The notes under the pieces: generated by a model
Told to the model about the DNA's origin: nothing
The model's database searches: none
What the model saw: only the letters and a program-made list of their open reading frames with translations
NCBI GenBank assembly: GCA_964247055.1
Contig: OZ176056.1
Location: forward strand, 4,464,001-4,528,000
From: Paragordius varius
Lineage: Eukaryota > Animalia > Nematomorpha
Length of the DNA: 64,000 bases
Direction: 5' to 3'
Position numbers and translations under genes: made by a program
Shown: in pieces, positions 24,388 to 40,092 of the stretch
Numbering within the stretch: the stretch's first letter is position 1
How the letters are laid out: each line of letters starts with the position of its first letter

Positions 24388-26623
24388 CATGGCGCAAAAA
24401 AGAGGGTTAATTTTTTAAACTCAACGAGATAGCTTATGACCAGCGAATTCATTTGCCGCAAAAATTTTAATGACGAACTAATTATTTAAATATTAAGAGA
24501 AATTCAAAATTGGGCAAAAAGTGAAAATATTAAGGATAATTTAAATATTAATGATAAAACTTGAGATATTATGGTTTGTTATCATTTTAGGAGATTTTTT
24601 ATTAATGGCCTAAATCATATAGTTAGGGTTTGTATAAAATCTCAGTTCAAAACATGGCGTTTTTTTATTAACATACTAAACACTTGGATACAACACATCA
24701 ATTTCAGTCCTTCGATTTAAATTGGGGTAGTTGGATACCCCAGTCCTGTTTAAAATTAAATTTCAAAAAATATGGAACGGATTAGATATTTTGGCTTATT
24801 TATATAGTTTTTATTAGGATAGAAGCATAATAAATTGGGACCGTTTCTTTCGTAGTTTTTTAAAAATTTTAATTTAGATATAGTCTGGGGTATTTAGATA
24901 CTCCAATTTGAATCGAAGTGTTAAAAGATAAATAAAATTATTTTTTTGAAATTGTTTACTAGCTAAACTCACTCTTAATATCTCAATTCTATTTTATTCA
25001 GTAAAAAACTTATATGTCAAAATAAAACTAAAAAATAATGTTTATTTTTTCATTTTTCTGTCATCTGGTTTATTAGTGTATAACAAATTTATACTGTACT
25101 AGCGTAAATCTCGTGCTGCTATGCAGCACAAGGAAGTCCTTCGGACTTCTGAGGGGGGGGGAGCCTATTTAAAATAAGGGACAATAAAATGATCCACATA
25201 TGTGGATTATTTCGAAACATGATTATATAGGAATTTTCAAACGGTGCATTCGCACTAATATATTGTTTACCTGGGGGAAAAATAGATTTAAAAAATTATA
25301 TTTGTGGACTGTGTTTTTTTTGAAAAAAATGGCATTTTACGGGGGTAGCGGGTAAGAGGGTCTAAATCAAAGTGAATGGACTATGTTCGGCGCGATCTAA
25401 AATAAGTAAACAAAATCATATTTGAAATTGAATGGTCCAATACGTTCCCCAAAAAATTGACTTAACCCATTTTTCACACAGGGTAGGCCCGAACTGGGGA
25501 CCTAATTGAAGCTATTGTCGGGACATTTATTAATGATTATATTTTTTCAATATTTGGATTTGATTGAAAATTTATTTTGTGGACTTAGTTTTTTGAAAAA
25601 AATGGCTTTACGGGGGGAGCGGGTAAAAAGAGGGCCTAAATCAAAAAAGCGATACGACTATGTTCGGCGCAATCGAAAATAAGTAAATAAAAATCACATT
25701 TGAAATTGAATGGTCCAACACGTTCTACGGAAAATTGTCTCAAAGACACGATTTTTGTGGACTTCTGTTTTCAAAAAAAACCCGTTTTTCACACGGGGTG
25801 GGCCCGAACTGGGGACCTATTTTAAAAAAAGGGCGAAGCTATTGTCGGGGCATTCATTAATGATTATATTTTTTTAAAGTTGGATTTGAATGGGTCTACC
25901 GGTTTTCCGGTACCAGATCACAAAGCCAGCATTTTCTATTTTTATAAATATATAGATTATTTTGAATCTTACATGCGTGGGGATTATGTTTATAATTTAT
26001 GCAAAATAGGATTTAAAAGTAGTTTTATGCCAACAAACAATCCGTACAAATCCCTGTAACAAGTTTGTAACACAAACTAATATTTTAACTGGGATATATA
26101 CGGATTTTTGGTTGATTTTTCACTACTATTTTGTATTATTTATATATTTTATAATTCACGCTCATGTAAGTTTCCAAAATAAAACAGTTAATATTTTATA
26201 GACTCATAAACTAGATGACAACAAATGAAAAATTAAAAAAAATTTTTAGTTTATTTTGATATAGAAGTTTTTTTACTGAATAAAATATGAATGTTAATAT
26301 TTTAGTGAGTATATGATATTTCATAAAAAAATACTCTTGAAGGTATTTTAAAAAGACGCCATCTTTTGAACTGAAATTTTATACTAACCCTATATATATG
26401 ATTTCAGTCTATTTATATATTGCAAACATCTCTTAAAATGATAATAAACCATAATATCTCAACTTTTTTCATAATCCTTAATTTTCACCTTTTGCCCGAT
26501 TAGGATTTTCTCTCAATATTTCAAAAACTAGGTCGTAAAAAAATAAAAAATTTTACGCCAAATGAATTTGGTCATAAGCTATCTCATGAAAAAAAAATAT
26601 TTTTTAAAAATTTGCACACAGTG
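24388..26623. mobile_element. MITE family 1 copy with nested Helitron H2
   Basis: Family arms are present. The paralogous, internally deleted copy is at 47053-47898. Confidence 0.8.
25099..25956 (-). mobile_element. Non-autonomous Helitron H2, nested in a MITE
   Basis: TC...CTAG ends, inserted between A and T. The empty site is in the paralog at ~47495 (ttgta|ttattttgaatc). Confidence 0.9.
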
Positions 26624-28976
26624 TGTTATGGTATTTATATATTTAAACTTTATTAGCCATGATTTCGCAAAGTTAATGTTTGATGAATGACTTTATGCGT
26701 GATTGCACACTAAAATATTTTAAATAGATTTCAGGAGCTTCTTAAATATTTACACTCAATTTAAGAATATTCAATGCCAAATCTGGATTATTATTTTTAT
26801 ATGGTAAAATGCGAAATTCAAAACGCTATTAAGGTGATTTTTCGGAGTTATCTCATATGTTTTGATCTCGTCTAAATTTAGAGCGTTTGTTTTAGATATG
26901 ATGATTAAAGCAAAAATACTAAAAACAGCTGTTTTTGGTTTTTTGTATTTATTTTCATTAGATGGCGCTGGATTCCAATCCCAGAATGGACTCTACTAAA
27001 AATGAGTCTTATACAAAAATTATTCCAAATTTTTAACATTATATGTATATTTAGTAAATGAGACGAAATCGATTAACGATACACATCGCATTGGAAAGCG
27101 TGGTGTTTGGTATGTCGAGGAATATGGTGTGGAAGAATATTACGAAGTATATTAAAATTATATCCTGTTTAAAAGGATTTACTATAAAAAAACCATCGAT
27201 AATATATTATTAAAATTAATTGGTTTAAAACGATTTGCATAGTCAAAAATAACGCATATAAGTCATAGTGTATCATTTGGTTGTAAAAGTTTTTACTTTT
27301 TAAATTTTTTTTAAAAATATTACATTGCCACTCAAAAATTAACTTTTTACAAAAAATTTTTAAAGAGCAGCAAGTGCCTGAGGAACCACCTAGGACACTC
27401 TTGCTCTATTTAAAAAACCCTTTTCACGTTAAACACTTTTTTTGATGTCAAAAATTAGCATATTCAAATTTTATCGTTGTCGTGAATTTTGCGGTTATAA
27501 GAGAATTGGCCCATTTAAGAAGGGCAAAAAAACAAGGACATTCGGAGGCCACATCTAAAATTAAAGATTTATAAAAACATTGATTAACTTTTTATATACA
27601 GTTTATATTATATCTTAGTGATATCAAAAAAAATTTATTTAACACAAGTGCCTGATATGGACGACACCTAACGTGTAATTTCATATTTCATTCGTAAGCC
27701 TTAAAACCAAAAATACCTTGATAACCCTATTATTTTTCTACCAAAATATATATATTTATCAGCATATTTATTATTGATTTTAGACGCGTGTTATCCTACT
27801 AAAATTTTTACTAAAGTCACAAAACTTAACACCGATTTAATAACTATTTATATATAGGTAAAATGATCACACATAATTACCACAATTTATTAAATATCAA
27901 ATATAACTGAAGCGTAATAAAGAATTAGAAATGAAACAGAAGTCGAGTGTTTATCATTAGTAAATCATAAAAAATTGAGAAACTTTATAAAAAGAGTTTA
28001 ATCTCAAATAAGGGCGCTTTTGCAGGATTACATTTAATATCCGTAAAGATTTATTTAATCACTTTAGGATTCACATGGTAAGGTTTATTGATTCGTTAAA
28101 TTCAATATTAATTATACACATATATAAATCATCTTTTTTATTATATATTTAGTCTATCACGGTTAATTTATCCACAAGCCATTTAAGAAAAATGAATCTA
28201 GTAAATTAATTATTTTCATATAAATATAATGAATAGTAGTTAGTCTAAAGAATAAATTTTTTTTTAATTTAATATTTTGGTTAATTAACACCTTATTACC
28301 TTTGGGTGTAGTTGAGCATACCGAGCGATTTAAAATTCGATTTTAAATAATATTGGGCCAAATTTAGTATGTATTCTCTAGCTTTTTAGACGCATGATAT
28401 ATTTTTTGTAAAGCTTAAAAAAATCCTCATCTTAACAGAAAAATATATTATGGTGAAATGTATATAGCTTAAAAAGCTTAAAGAAACCTTTTAAAAACAA
28501 ATTCCTTATAATAATTTTATACAGCAGCTGCTCTTGACCTGGTTTCAAGCTATCCCAATTTTAATTCTATAAGTTAATTACAAACAAAAAGGCTTTTGAA
28601 TTAATAGATAAAACCAATATTTTATAATTAAATTTTAACCCTAACAACATTTAAAAAACTGAATAATATACAAGTTTAAACTCAGGGGTAAATCAGTTAC
28701 TCAGAAATCGTCTACAAAAAATAGGTAACGTTTATGTTTTACCTTATAATATTAAGATAAAGCCATGTTCGATTATAATGAAAATTCTACCTATTTTATT
28801 GTAACAGCTAAATAAATTAAATTTCAGCTATTATGAAACCAATATAATATTTACAAGAAAACTCTATAAAAATGATGTGGTTTATTTTAGGCGTAAACTT
28901 AACTAAATTCGAGAAAAAAAACAAAAAACTATTTACATTTATTCGTATGTTGTATTTATAGTTGTTTTATTAAAAA

Positions 28977-29310
28977 CTAGCGTAAATCTCGTGCTGCTAG
29001 AGGGCTTAAATTAAAAAAGTGAGCCGAGCCGACTATGTTCGGCGCAATCGAAAAATTTGAAATCGAATGGTCCAACACGTTTTCCGGAAAATTGTTTCAA
29101 AGACACAATTTTTGTGGACTTGTTTTTTCGAAATACCGTTTTTTATACGGGGTGGGCCCGAACTGGGGGCCTAATTCAAAAAAAGGCGAAGCTATTGTCG
29201 GGGCATTCATTAATGATTATATTTTTTCGACATTTGGATTTGAATTGGTTTACGGGTTTTCTGGAAACAGATCACAAAGTTAGCATTTTCCATTTTTATA
29301 AATACATAGA
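28977..29310 (-). mobile_element. Non-autonomous Helitron H3 (short variant)
   Basis: Same ends and core as the other copies; shared with H7. Explains track ORFs 29035 and 29057. Confidence 0.85.
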
Positions 29311-30966
29311 TTACACTTACAGTATTAGTTTATTAACAATTCGCATCGCTTATTCCTATTTTTAAAACCAAAACAATGAGTAGAGTATATTTTTTTAAAA
29401 AAACAAGATTTTAAAAATATGGACAAAAAAATATTTGTCGTTCACATTTTCTGTAATTTATAAATATACAGTAAAAATTAAAATTATACGGACAAATGTA
29501 TAAATATAAAAAATTTTTAAATCGTAAAATACATAATTGATTGCGTGATCAATTTACTTTACGATATTTTACTTTGGAGTAAAATATAATGAGTTATAAT
29601 AAAAAAAATCAAATTTAAAAAGTACCGTTGTGTGTTAGATAAAAATATTTGTTTTTATAATTTCACATTTTGTCCGTAAAATTACAATTTTTACTGTATA
29701 TGTAGCCTTCCTGACAAAGCTACCTATTGTTAAAGTTGGAAAGAAGTGATTTCATACTAATAACATTTCCTAGAGGTAAAATATATACAAAAAATTAGTC
29801 AAAAATAAGAGGATAATCGACATTTACTGTAAAAATTGAAATTATACGGACCAAACATGAAAATAAAAAGACGAATATTTATTCTTGTAAAAAACAACCT
29901 ATCTTTTTGGGTCGCATAATATCAAATAATAACTAATATAAATTGGTAACATTCTCATTTATAAATTTCACAGAATGAATTATAATCATATAATTTACGT
30001 CAAAATTAGCAAGTATAAAAATAAATTTTTACGTTTCTTCCATATAGAGTGTCCATTTTTACTCTATATTTAGTGATTTCTATTTAATCAAACTTAGGGG
30101 TTTTTACTATATTATTCTAACTGCTAATCAAGTTAAGAGATGAATAATATCAATGGTCATGTTACCAATCGCAACCCCCATATTTTTTAATATAAATTTT
30201 ATTAGTAAATGCAAAGTGTGGATTGCCTCTTTTCTATATGAGTCTACTCCTAACAGCAATTATAACTGATTATAAAATTATGTTTTTGATAATCATTAAA
30301 AATTGATATTGATTATTTGGCTCCCAGACAATAAATTTGAATCTTTTACAATAAGCATTTGTAGATTAGTTTACATTTTTAAATAACGAATAAAAGTTAA
30401 TAAGAATTAAAATGTATTTAAAAAGCAGATATTTGATCCGTGTATTTTTGTTAAAATTTGGGGTCATAATGGGCGGCCCGATTTTACAATCTAATAATAT
30501 ATTATTAAACTTCTTTTTATTTAACCAGTATTGAACAAAAACTATGAGTAAATATTATAAAACTGTTATCGTTTGTTTACGTATCAATTTTATCCACAAG
30601 GTATATTCAATGAATATTAGTGTTTTGTTTAATTCTAACCACTGAAAGTTTTATTTATGAGGCAAATACCCTTAAAAACGGAATTAGAGGTGTTAATTCA
30701 GAACGATTCAAATGTTCCCTGATATATTATAATTTTTAACAACTTGCATCTGGCCTCTTGTTAGGATGTCGGCTAAAATTTATGTTGGCAAATATATTAT
30801 TTATTTTATTTTTTATCTAAGGGCAGCATTTATGGTAATGACATTTTAAGTTTTTGCATTATAAATTTAATTTGATAACAAATAAGAAGTACCCCATTAA
30901 AATTTATATATTTTATCGATTCGGAAGCGTAAGTCAATTTACCTATTTATTGAATCAGTAAATATA

Positions 30967-31106
30967 TATTGCAAGAAAGTTATTAACTATTGCCAAACAG
31001 TATATGCAGCAAGAATTATTATTGGCTAATAATAGTAAAAAGAAGCCGATAATACCTCCCTTTGTTGTATATGTTATTGGCAATAATTAATAACTTTCTA
31101 GCAATG
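30967..31106. mobile_element. ~140-bp hairpin MITE (related sequence at approx. 53345-53495 and 5825-5915)
   Basis: GAAAGTTATTAACTATTGCCAA versus TTGGCAATAATTAATAACTTTC inverted repeat, extending to about 45 bp. Confidence 0.7.
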
Positions 31107-31243
31107 TGTATTTACTCATTCTGTAAAAAATAAAATATTCTGTATCTAATCCAAACAACCAAATACGTCAACACTCTATTAATCAAGATATGATTTATTT
31201 AACAGTATATATAAGTAATGGTAATGCATATTGAAAAAAATAA

Positions 31244-34200
31244 TCACGATTCAGCTATAATAATATTATAATGTATTTGAAATACTGTCAATTGTGGCTA
31301 AAAAATTTGTCAATTTAATTATGAATTTACCTATCTCGACATCTATAAGAGAATTGAAATCAGTATGATTGTAAGATTTATGATTATTATAGTATATTCT
31401 TACATTCATTCGTGTCAAGCATATCTAGAAAAATTAAAAAATAAAAATATTTATTTAAATAATTCGGTGTTGTCTTATATATAACAACTGATACACTGTG
31501 TGCAAAAAAATGATTAGCAAAAATATTTTTAATAGCTTATAACCAGCGAATTAATTTGGCGGAAATTTTTTTATTTGTTGACGACCTAGTTTTTGAAATA
31601 TGGAGAGAAATTCGAAATTGGAAAACTGAAAATTAAGGATAATTAGAATTAAAAAAATAAGGATAAAACTTAGGATATTATTATTATCATTTTATCAATA
31701 TTTACAATTTATAAATAGCCAAAACTATATAGTTAGGGTTTTATGAAATCTCAGTTAAAAAGATGGCGTTTTTCGTTAAAGTATACTAAATATATAAATA
31801 AAACTATTTTAGAATTATTTTTTCCAATTATTTAATATCTTAACTCACTATTCTTAACATTCATGTTTTATTCAGTAAAACTTATACATCAAAACAAAAC
31901 CAAAAAAAATTGTTTTTTATTTTTATATTTTTTTGTCAATGGTTTATGAGTGTATAAAAATTTTATACTGTTTTATTTTGGAATCTTACATAAGCGGAAA
32001 TTTAAAGTATATTAAATAAAAAATAGGGTTTACAGGCAGTGGAATAATATCGAAAAATCCGTACATATCCCAGTAAAATTATTAATTTGTGTTAATACAA
32101 ACCTGTTACATGAATTTGTATGGATTTTTGATATTTATATTCAACTACTTTTGAACCCTATTTTGTATTAATTTATATACTTTATAATTCCCACTGATGT
32201 ATTCCAATATAATTAATTTTACACTCACAAACCAAATGACAAAAAAATGAAAAAATAAAAAATATTTTTTATTTTGATATTAAGTTTTCTTACTGAATAA
32301 CATATGATTGTTTAAATAGTGAGTTTAGCTAGTAAATAATTAAAAAATTTGAAAAAAAGGACAATAAAATGATCCACATATGTGGATGTTTTTCGAAACA
32401 TTATTTAATAACTATGATCTCATAGGAATTTTAAAACCGTGCATTCATAATAATATATTGTTTACATGGGCGAAAAATAGATTCAAATTATTTTGTGTTT
32501 TTTTTGAAAAAAATGGAGAGAGCCTAAATTAAAAAAGCAAGCCGACTATGTTCGGCGCAATCGAAAATAAGTAAACAAAAATTATAGATGAAATTGAATG
32601 ATCCAACACGTTCTCCGGAAAATTGTCTCAAAGAGATTTTTGTGGACTTGTGTTTGAAAAAACCGTTTTTTACAGGGGGTGGGCCCGAACTGGGGAGAAG
32701 CTATTGTTGGGTTTAGTAATGATTATATTTTTTCGCTATTTGGATTTGAATGGGTTTACCGGTTTTCCGGAAACAGATCACAAAGCCAGCATTTTCCATT
32801 TTTATAAATATATAGAATAATACATTTATTCTTCAACAATAAAGATATTCATAACTTGTAAAAATTTTAGGATGTTAAAAATCTACCTGTTAGATATTCA
32901 ATCGTTTCTAAGAAAAACAAATCAAATAAATCAATTCAATTCAATAATCGATCATGCCATTTTTAGTAATTCATTTTTTTAATATAAAATTTTTTATATA
33001 GTTATTTATATCCACTCCATATCGAAAATCCAAAAATTTTTGAACAAATCGCCATTTAGAGGTGCTTGCTTTTTCGCCACCATTGCGAATTCACTCACTC
33101 ATCTTTTATAAAGCGGCAAATTTTACACGAAATCCAGGGATGAACTCATATACTTAATTTAGCACCATTTTTTATAACTTCTTTTGTGCATGAAAAATGT
33201 ATTACTACAATTAGGGTTATGCTGACCAAGTCATGACCGGGTCATGACCAGGTCAGTTATGATTTATTTTTTGACCATAATCATTTGAAAAAACAGCTGT
33301 TTTTGAAAAATCTGGTAAATGGAAGAGTAATAAGATTTTATTGTTTTTTATATATTTCTTAAAAATCTAATATTTAATATGCTTATTTAACAATATAAAA
33401 TTGTTTAACATGCATCGTTATAACATAAGCATTCTAGTTATTTTGAAAAGTAAAACAATCAAACAAAAATATGCAATTATTCCATATATGTGAACCAATA
33501 TTTTCTTAAATATTTTATAATTGGATATTTGATGAAAGAAAGTTTAAAACAAACTAGGTAAAATTTTTGAATCATCCAGTATTAAAAGCTATGTTTTGGA
33601 GATTCAAAAGGTCACAAACATGTGGCAAAATTTATTTGAAAATTCTTGAATAAATTTGATTTAAAATATTTGTTAATAATAAATATAAAAAGAATGTATA
33701 ATATAAACCGTACGAACATTTTTTTCACAATCCAATATCGCATCATTACTAAAGTAAGTCTGACCGGGTCTCACCGGACTTTTTTAAAAAAGCAGAATGC
33801 ACAACCCTATGCATAATGTAAACTTTTTAGAAAAAAACAGGACATTATTAGTGCAAGTGTGGTGCGAACATTATTACAATCCAATATCGCATGATATTTA
33901 CTTAATAAAAAATGGTCATGACCGTGGTAATGACCATGGTCTGACTGGGTTTGACCGGACTTTTTTAAAAAAGCAGTCAAATGCACAGCCCTAACTACAA
34001 TACAATCTACATGTAAACATCTCTTAACAAACATCAGATATTCCAAACGCAATTCTATACAACATACCTTGTTCTGGAATCGGCTCTAGAATAACAAAAA
34101 ATATATATGGTAATATAAATATTAAAGCCCTTGATAAATATTATTATTTTATCAAATTTTTATCTAAATTAATATCAAAATTATGCATATCAGTAACATA

Positions 34201-37044
34201 AATAAAATTCATATGCAATATACACAGTATAATATTACCGTGTAAAACATTATTGGTGTCTAAATAAATTTAAAAAATTAGACAGTCTAAAATAATTTAT
34301 AAAACATTTTAAACACAATTAATACCTGTTGCTATCTGTTCCATTGCTAAAAATATTTTTTTAAAATAAAGTTTTTATTCTAATACTTAAAACATCCGCT
34401 TCCATAGCTAAATATAATATAATACGGCACTAAACTTACTGTCCAATATTCCTCTAACTCCTATAAACAATATTAAAGATACACAAAAGTATTACAGTAT
34501 GCATTTTAATGGTTGCTTATTTCACACGATAGTAGGGCGGGAATTTGCGCAACACAGTAGTGTAGTATGGAAAAAACAAATGCTAAATAAACAATTATTT
34601 TCTTACTTTTTCCATACACTACTGCAGTGGTACTCAAACCGTGACCATATTGATAGTTTAATTATTTTTTTGATGATTTTTTAAAATACGCTTAAACGAA
34701 TTTTTGCTTATTTTAAAATTAATTTATTTTCTTTAGATTTAATTTTGGTATTTTACCCAATTCAAAATGTAGAAAAATTTCCCTACATTTAAATGATTTC
34801 AAAATTTTGGCACACGTTGTTTCTGTTTCTGTAATTTTCTTTTCTATTTTGAAATTATTGCACTTTTTTGTATTTAAGCAAGCCTTTCACCCAAACTTGA
34901 ATATACATATTCTTTTCATTGCTATCCTGCATCATATACATTCCCATAAAATATTTTCAAATCAACATCATTTAATTTCGACCTATTTTTTTAGCATATC
35001 AAATTTTATTCCTATTTGTTTGAAAAAATTTACATATTATTTAAACATAAAAGGATAACATCTAATGCTAAAAAACGTAAATATCCCGATGAAAATTGCT
35101 TCTTTATAATAGAATGGGAAGAAAATTTCTTTGTCTTTAAATAAAAATGTTCTTACCTGCCTTATATGTAAGGACAACATAATTATAAAAAAATACAATA
35201 TTGAAAGACATCTCAATGTGCCCTCTTGTTGAGATTTTGCAACGACAACATAAACAACGAGGAATATTTAAAATTTTTACCAAAGAATAAAACCAAGAAA
35301 GGAAGTGATTTTCTCTACAAAATTAGCACTTTTTTCGATAATAATAGTATTTCTATGAAAAAAATGGTTTCGATCTGCACAGATGGCTGTACCTCTATGA
35401 TTAGAATAAACAAAGGATTTATTCCCTTTTGAAAATAATATTTTATCCTTTCACTGCTTTATTCATCAGCAAAACTTGGTTTCGCGTGTAAAAGATGAAT
35501 CAAGTATTAAAACGGTTGTGGATATAGTTTACCACATCCCTGGCAGAAAATTTAACCTCCGTAAATTCCAAAAACCTTCTGAAAGATATCCACAGTGAGT
35601 TTGGTGATATTCTTTTGTACACCGCTGTGAGATGGCTAAGCCTTAGCAAAGTATTAAATAAATTTTTTGTTTTAAGACATTTTATTATTCATAAAAAAAA
35701 GAAAGTTTGATGAGGATTAATAGTGACAAATGGTGGGTTTATTAGCCTACCTTTGCGACATTACTTACAAACTTAGTATCATTAATACAAGTCTTCGAGA
35801 GACCAAATGACCCAATTCGCTAAAATTTGCTTTTGAAGAAAATTAATAATATGTAAACAAGATATTATTAAACTCTCCTCTATTTTTCAACACTTAAAAC
35901 GATCCATGAAGAAAATATGGAATTTTCGAGGAGATTTATATTATAATAGACAATAATTTAACACTTTCATCTAATGAGATGAAATCCAGATTTCAAGAAT
36001 TAAGAAATATTAAAAATTGCTTAAAACTCGAGGAAAATCGATGGCATATGGATATATTTAATATTAAACAACTTGAGAATTTCGGTTTTGATCAGGCGCA
36101 TATCATTGAAAAATTAGTAGATCTTAAAAAAGATTCCAATTTGGAGGCTATATCAAGGAGAATCGTAGAGTGGAAAAATATGGAGAGTTTTGGCAAGATG
36201 TGTGATATAAATATGAAAATATAAAAAAATGTGCTCAAGTTACCCAAACTGTTTTTCCCTTAACTTACAAGTAGGAGAAAGCATATTTAAAAATGAAGTA
36301 TGTCAAGAATACATATAGAAATCGAACCGTTGATCATATGGACGACATATTAGATTGGCCTGTCATGAGGCGAAACCAAATTTGTCAAAAATTATTGGTT
36401 ATTATCAAAAAAATGTTGCTATCAATATTTTAATTTTTTTAAACTAAATGGTGCAAAACGAGTTTTAGCTGGATTTACATGCAATCCGCAAAAAATTCAT
36501 TGCGCAGATTTAGGTTATAAATATGTGCATATGTGTCAAATAGCTATGGAATATTTGTCATTATAAGGTTCATGGCCCTCGAAAAAAAATATATTTTATT
36601 TGGCCCGTCAAATTTTTTTGGTGAGTACCACTGCACTACTGTGTTGCAAATTGCCCTAATATAGTGTGAAATAAGCAACCATTAAAATACATACCGTATT
36701 TACTTTCAATGTTATTCCGCAAAACTATGTTGAATTTATAAGTAAAAATTAAATATAGCATATTTTTAGATAGATAAAAAATAAAAAAAATTTTAAGAAT
36801 TTTAATTATACAGAAACGTCAAAACTAACAAACATAAATTTAAATACTTTTTTATAAACCCTATTCCCATTTTATACTATTTAATTACAATTGTTAAATA
36901 GATGATTGATTTTATCACCCACCAATTTATATTTCTATACATTGCAGTTAATTAAAAACAATGAATTATAAGTTTAAAAAAGCGGTCTGTGAAAAAAAAA
37001 CATGCGTTTTTTCATTTTGCCAGTATATTTCTAATGATAACTAT

Positions 37045-37075
<31 letters not shown>

Positions 37076-40050
37076 TGAATAAATAGTTTACCTTCTATGT
37101 AATCTAGAAAAAGTATTGAAAATGATATAATTAATAAAATGATGAATAAATGATTGTTATTCTAAAATGATGATGATGATGATTGTAATTAATTCAGATT
37201 TAGTCTGTGGTTATTTATTACATAAATAATTAGCGTAAATCTCGTGTTGCTACGCAGCCCGAGGAGGTCCTTTTGACTTCTGGGAGGGGGGGGGGGGTTA
37301 TTTGAAAAAAAGGACAATAAAATGATCCACATATGTGGATATTTGGAAACATTATTTGATAGCTATGATCTCATAGAAATTTTAAAACGGTGCATTCATA
37401 CTAATATATTGTTTACTTGGGGAAATTGAAAAAAATGACATATTACGGGGGGAGCGGGTAAAAAGAGGGCCTAAATTAAAGCGAGACGACCATATTCCGC
37501 GCAATCGAAAATGAGTAAACAAAAATCATATTTGAAATCGAATGGTTCAACACGTTCTCCGAAAAATTGTCTCAAAAACACGATTTTTGTGGACTTCTGT
37601 TTTCAAAAAAAACCGTTTTTCATACGGGGTGGGCCCGAACTGGGGGCCTAATTAAAAAAGGGCGAAACTATTGTCGGGACATTTATTAATGATTATATTT
37701 TTTCGATATTTGGATTTGATTGGGTCTTCCGGTTTTCCTGTACCAGATCACAAGGCCACATGACGGATCAGTTTTTATCGGGTAGCCCCTTACCCAGCAG
37801 CTATCATCAAAGAAACTAACTAAAATTTTTGCTTTTTAACAGGGAATACGTGAACTCCTCATTAAATTTTTACAGTCTCATATACCTTAAGCGAAAAATA
37901 AAATCAAAAAAATATTTTTGTGGACCTTGTTTTTTGTAAAAAATGGCACGGGGGAGCGGTTAAAAGAGGGCCTAAAAAACAAGACGACGATATTCGGCGC
38001 AATTGAAAATGAGTATGCAAAAATTATATCTAAAATTGAATGGTTTAACACGTCTGGAAATTTGTCTCAAATACACGATTTTTGTGGACTTTTGTTTTCA
38101 AAAATACCCGTTTTTCACACGTAGGCCAGAATTGGAAACCTAATTCAAAAAAAGGGCGAAGCTATTGTCGGGGCATTCATTGATGATTATATTTCGACAT
38201 TTGGATTTGAATGGGTCAACCGGTTTTCCGGAAACAGACAAAACCAGCATTTTCCATTTTTATAATATATAGATGTCAATTATTAAAATATGATTAAACT
38301 TTCTAATTTATCTATTACTATAACGTTTAATCATTGAAAAATTCTTTAAATTCTTTAAAATGTTCAATTAGCTCCTAATCGGTATGGCGAATTCATATAT
38401 CCAAGGTTATGGTAAACACAGGGGTCTACCCAATACAAATGGCATCGCGGGCCGCATTTTCTATAAATCTATGGTAAATACTATAAAAAATCAAAATAAC
38501 AATATAAATACCATTATTTCACCAATTTTTGCTAGTTTGTGCCCAAAATTTGGGCTGATTTAACAAGATATTATAGCATTATTTTTGACAATTATAGAAT
38601 TTTGATACGTATTTTATAATTTTGCACAAAATATATTAGTAGGCGCTGTATGTTGGAAACCCCTAGTTTAAATTTATAGTTTTTTTCTAAGGAGCATTTT
38701 CAAGATTTTGTAAATTCATAGTAAAATACTTGTTTCCTGTAATCCCGTAAAGCCTTCCCAAACACTAGCTAAAATTTATATTTGACAAAAATGTAATATA
38801 TAATATAATATATTTGTGGATAAGTTAAACTTACATTGAAAAACTATCAAATATTGTAGTATTAATTTATAATATATATAATTAGTATTTAAGTTATTTT
38901 TGAAAATAAATTTATACCTCTCTGCAGTCTACGTGCCGCTACAAAAATATCACATTAAACCAAAAATAGCCAATAAATATTTTATATCAAAAAATTTTTT
39001 TTATAAATTGTAAAACATTTTTGGTTAATTACAAAAGCATTTACGTTTTTTTAAGATTAGATATTATACTGTCTAATATCAAATTCACCCCTCAACAATT
39101 TAACCTTAAACAAAAATTCACCCTAAAAATGATTATGTGTTTTCAGGCTAATATAACTCATCATTGATAAGACATATATTCTTAAATTTCCTGTTTTAAA
39201 AATATTCTATAGGTAATTTTTAATTTTAAAAAACACATAATTCATTTTAGGAAAATTAAAATTGTTCCAGGGTGAATTTAAATTGTTCATGGATGAATTT
39301 GAATTGTTTAAGGGTGAATAATTTGAAGTGTAAATGGTATATCATTAATAAAAAACAAAATTTACATCTACACAAAATAAAGTCAGTTGTAGGCAAAAAT
39401 AATTCGAATCCTATAATTTTTAAAAAAATTACATTCTGAGATTACTGACGTGGCTAAAGAAAATCAATATATAAAATTTAAGCGACCAAAAAAAATATAA
39501 ATTTTTAGCGTTGTGTTATGATACATACTTTCTTCCATAATATCAGCGCCTTTAAATATAGTGATTTATTAATGTATTAAAAAATATTTAATATAAAATA
39601 AAATAATCCATACCGATTCTTATATTATCGAGAGCTGAAATAAATATTTTTTTTCATATTACGCACAGTAAAAACAGAAAATATATAGACAAAACCTGAA
39701 ATATAAAAGCAAATATATTTTCTTAAAGCCAACCATACTTTTTGAATCGTGTTTTTTATAATATAACTCAATGTTTAAAATGGCAAAATGGGTAATAGAG
39801 ATATATATTAGTAAAGAATCAATAATATATTTTTGAATAAAATGGCTTATATGAGTAAAATTAAAAGTATGATTATTTTTTTCAAAAAAATATTTGTCTT
39901 TATAATTTTACGCGTTTTGTCCGTATAATTTTAATTTTTACTGTAAATTAAATATAAATAAATATACGCAAAATAATATACATGACATCATAACTTGTGA
40001 GGCTAAATTTAAAACTGTAAAACTAACATTACCTAATTGTTCACTGCGTG

Positions 40051-40092
<42 letters not shown>

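Noticed and set aside
27055-27146. Plus-strand exon-like ORF NETKSINDTHRIGKRGVWYVEEYG with a dibasic site
   Set aside because: Frameshifted in the paralog (~48360), no compatible neighbouring exons, and the flanks look palindromic and TE-derived.
29035-29365. Recurrent track ORFs (MFGAIE..., ...FLETDHK...) also at 19554, 32623, 37918, 51387, 61279
   Set aside because: They are chance frames in the non-autonomous Helitron core, with frames not conserved among copies.
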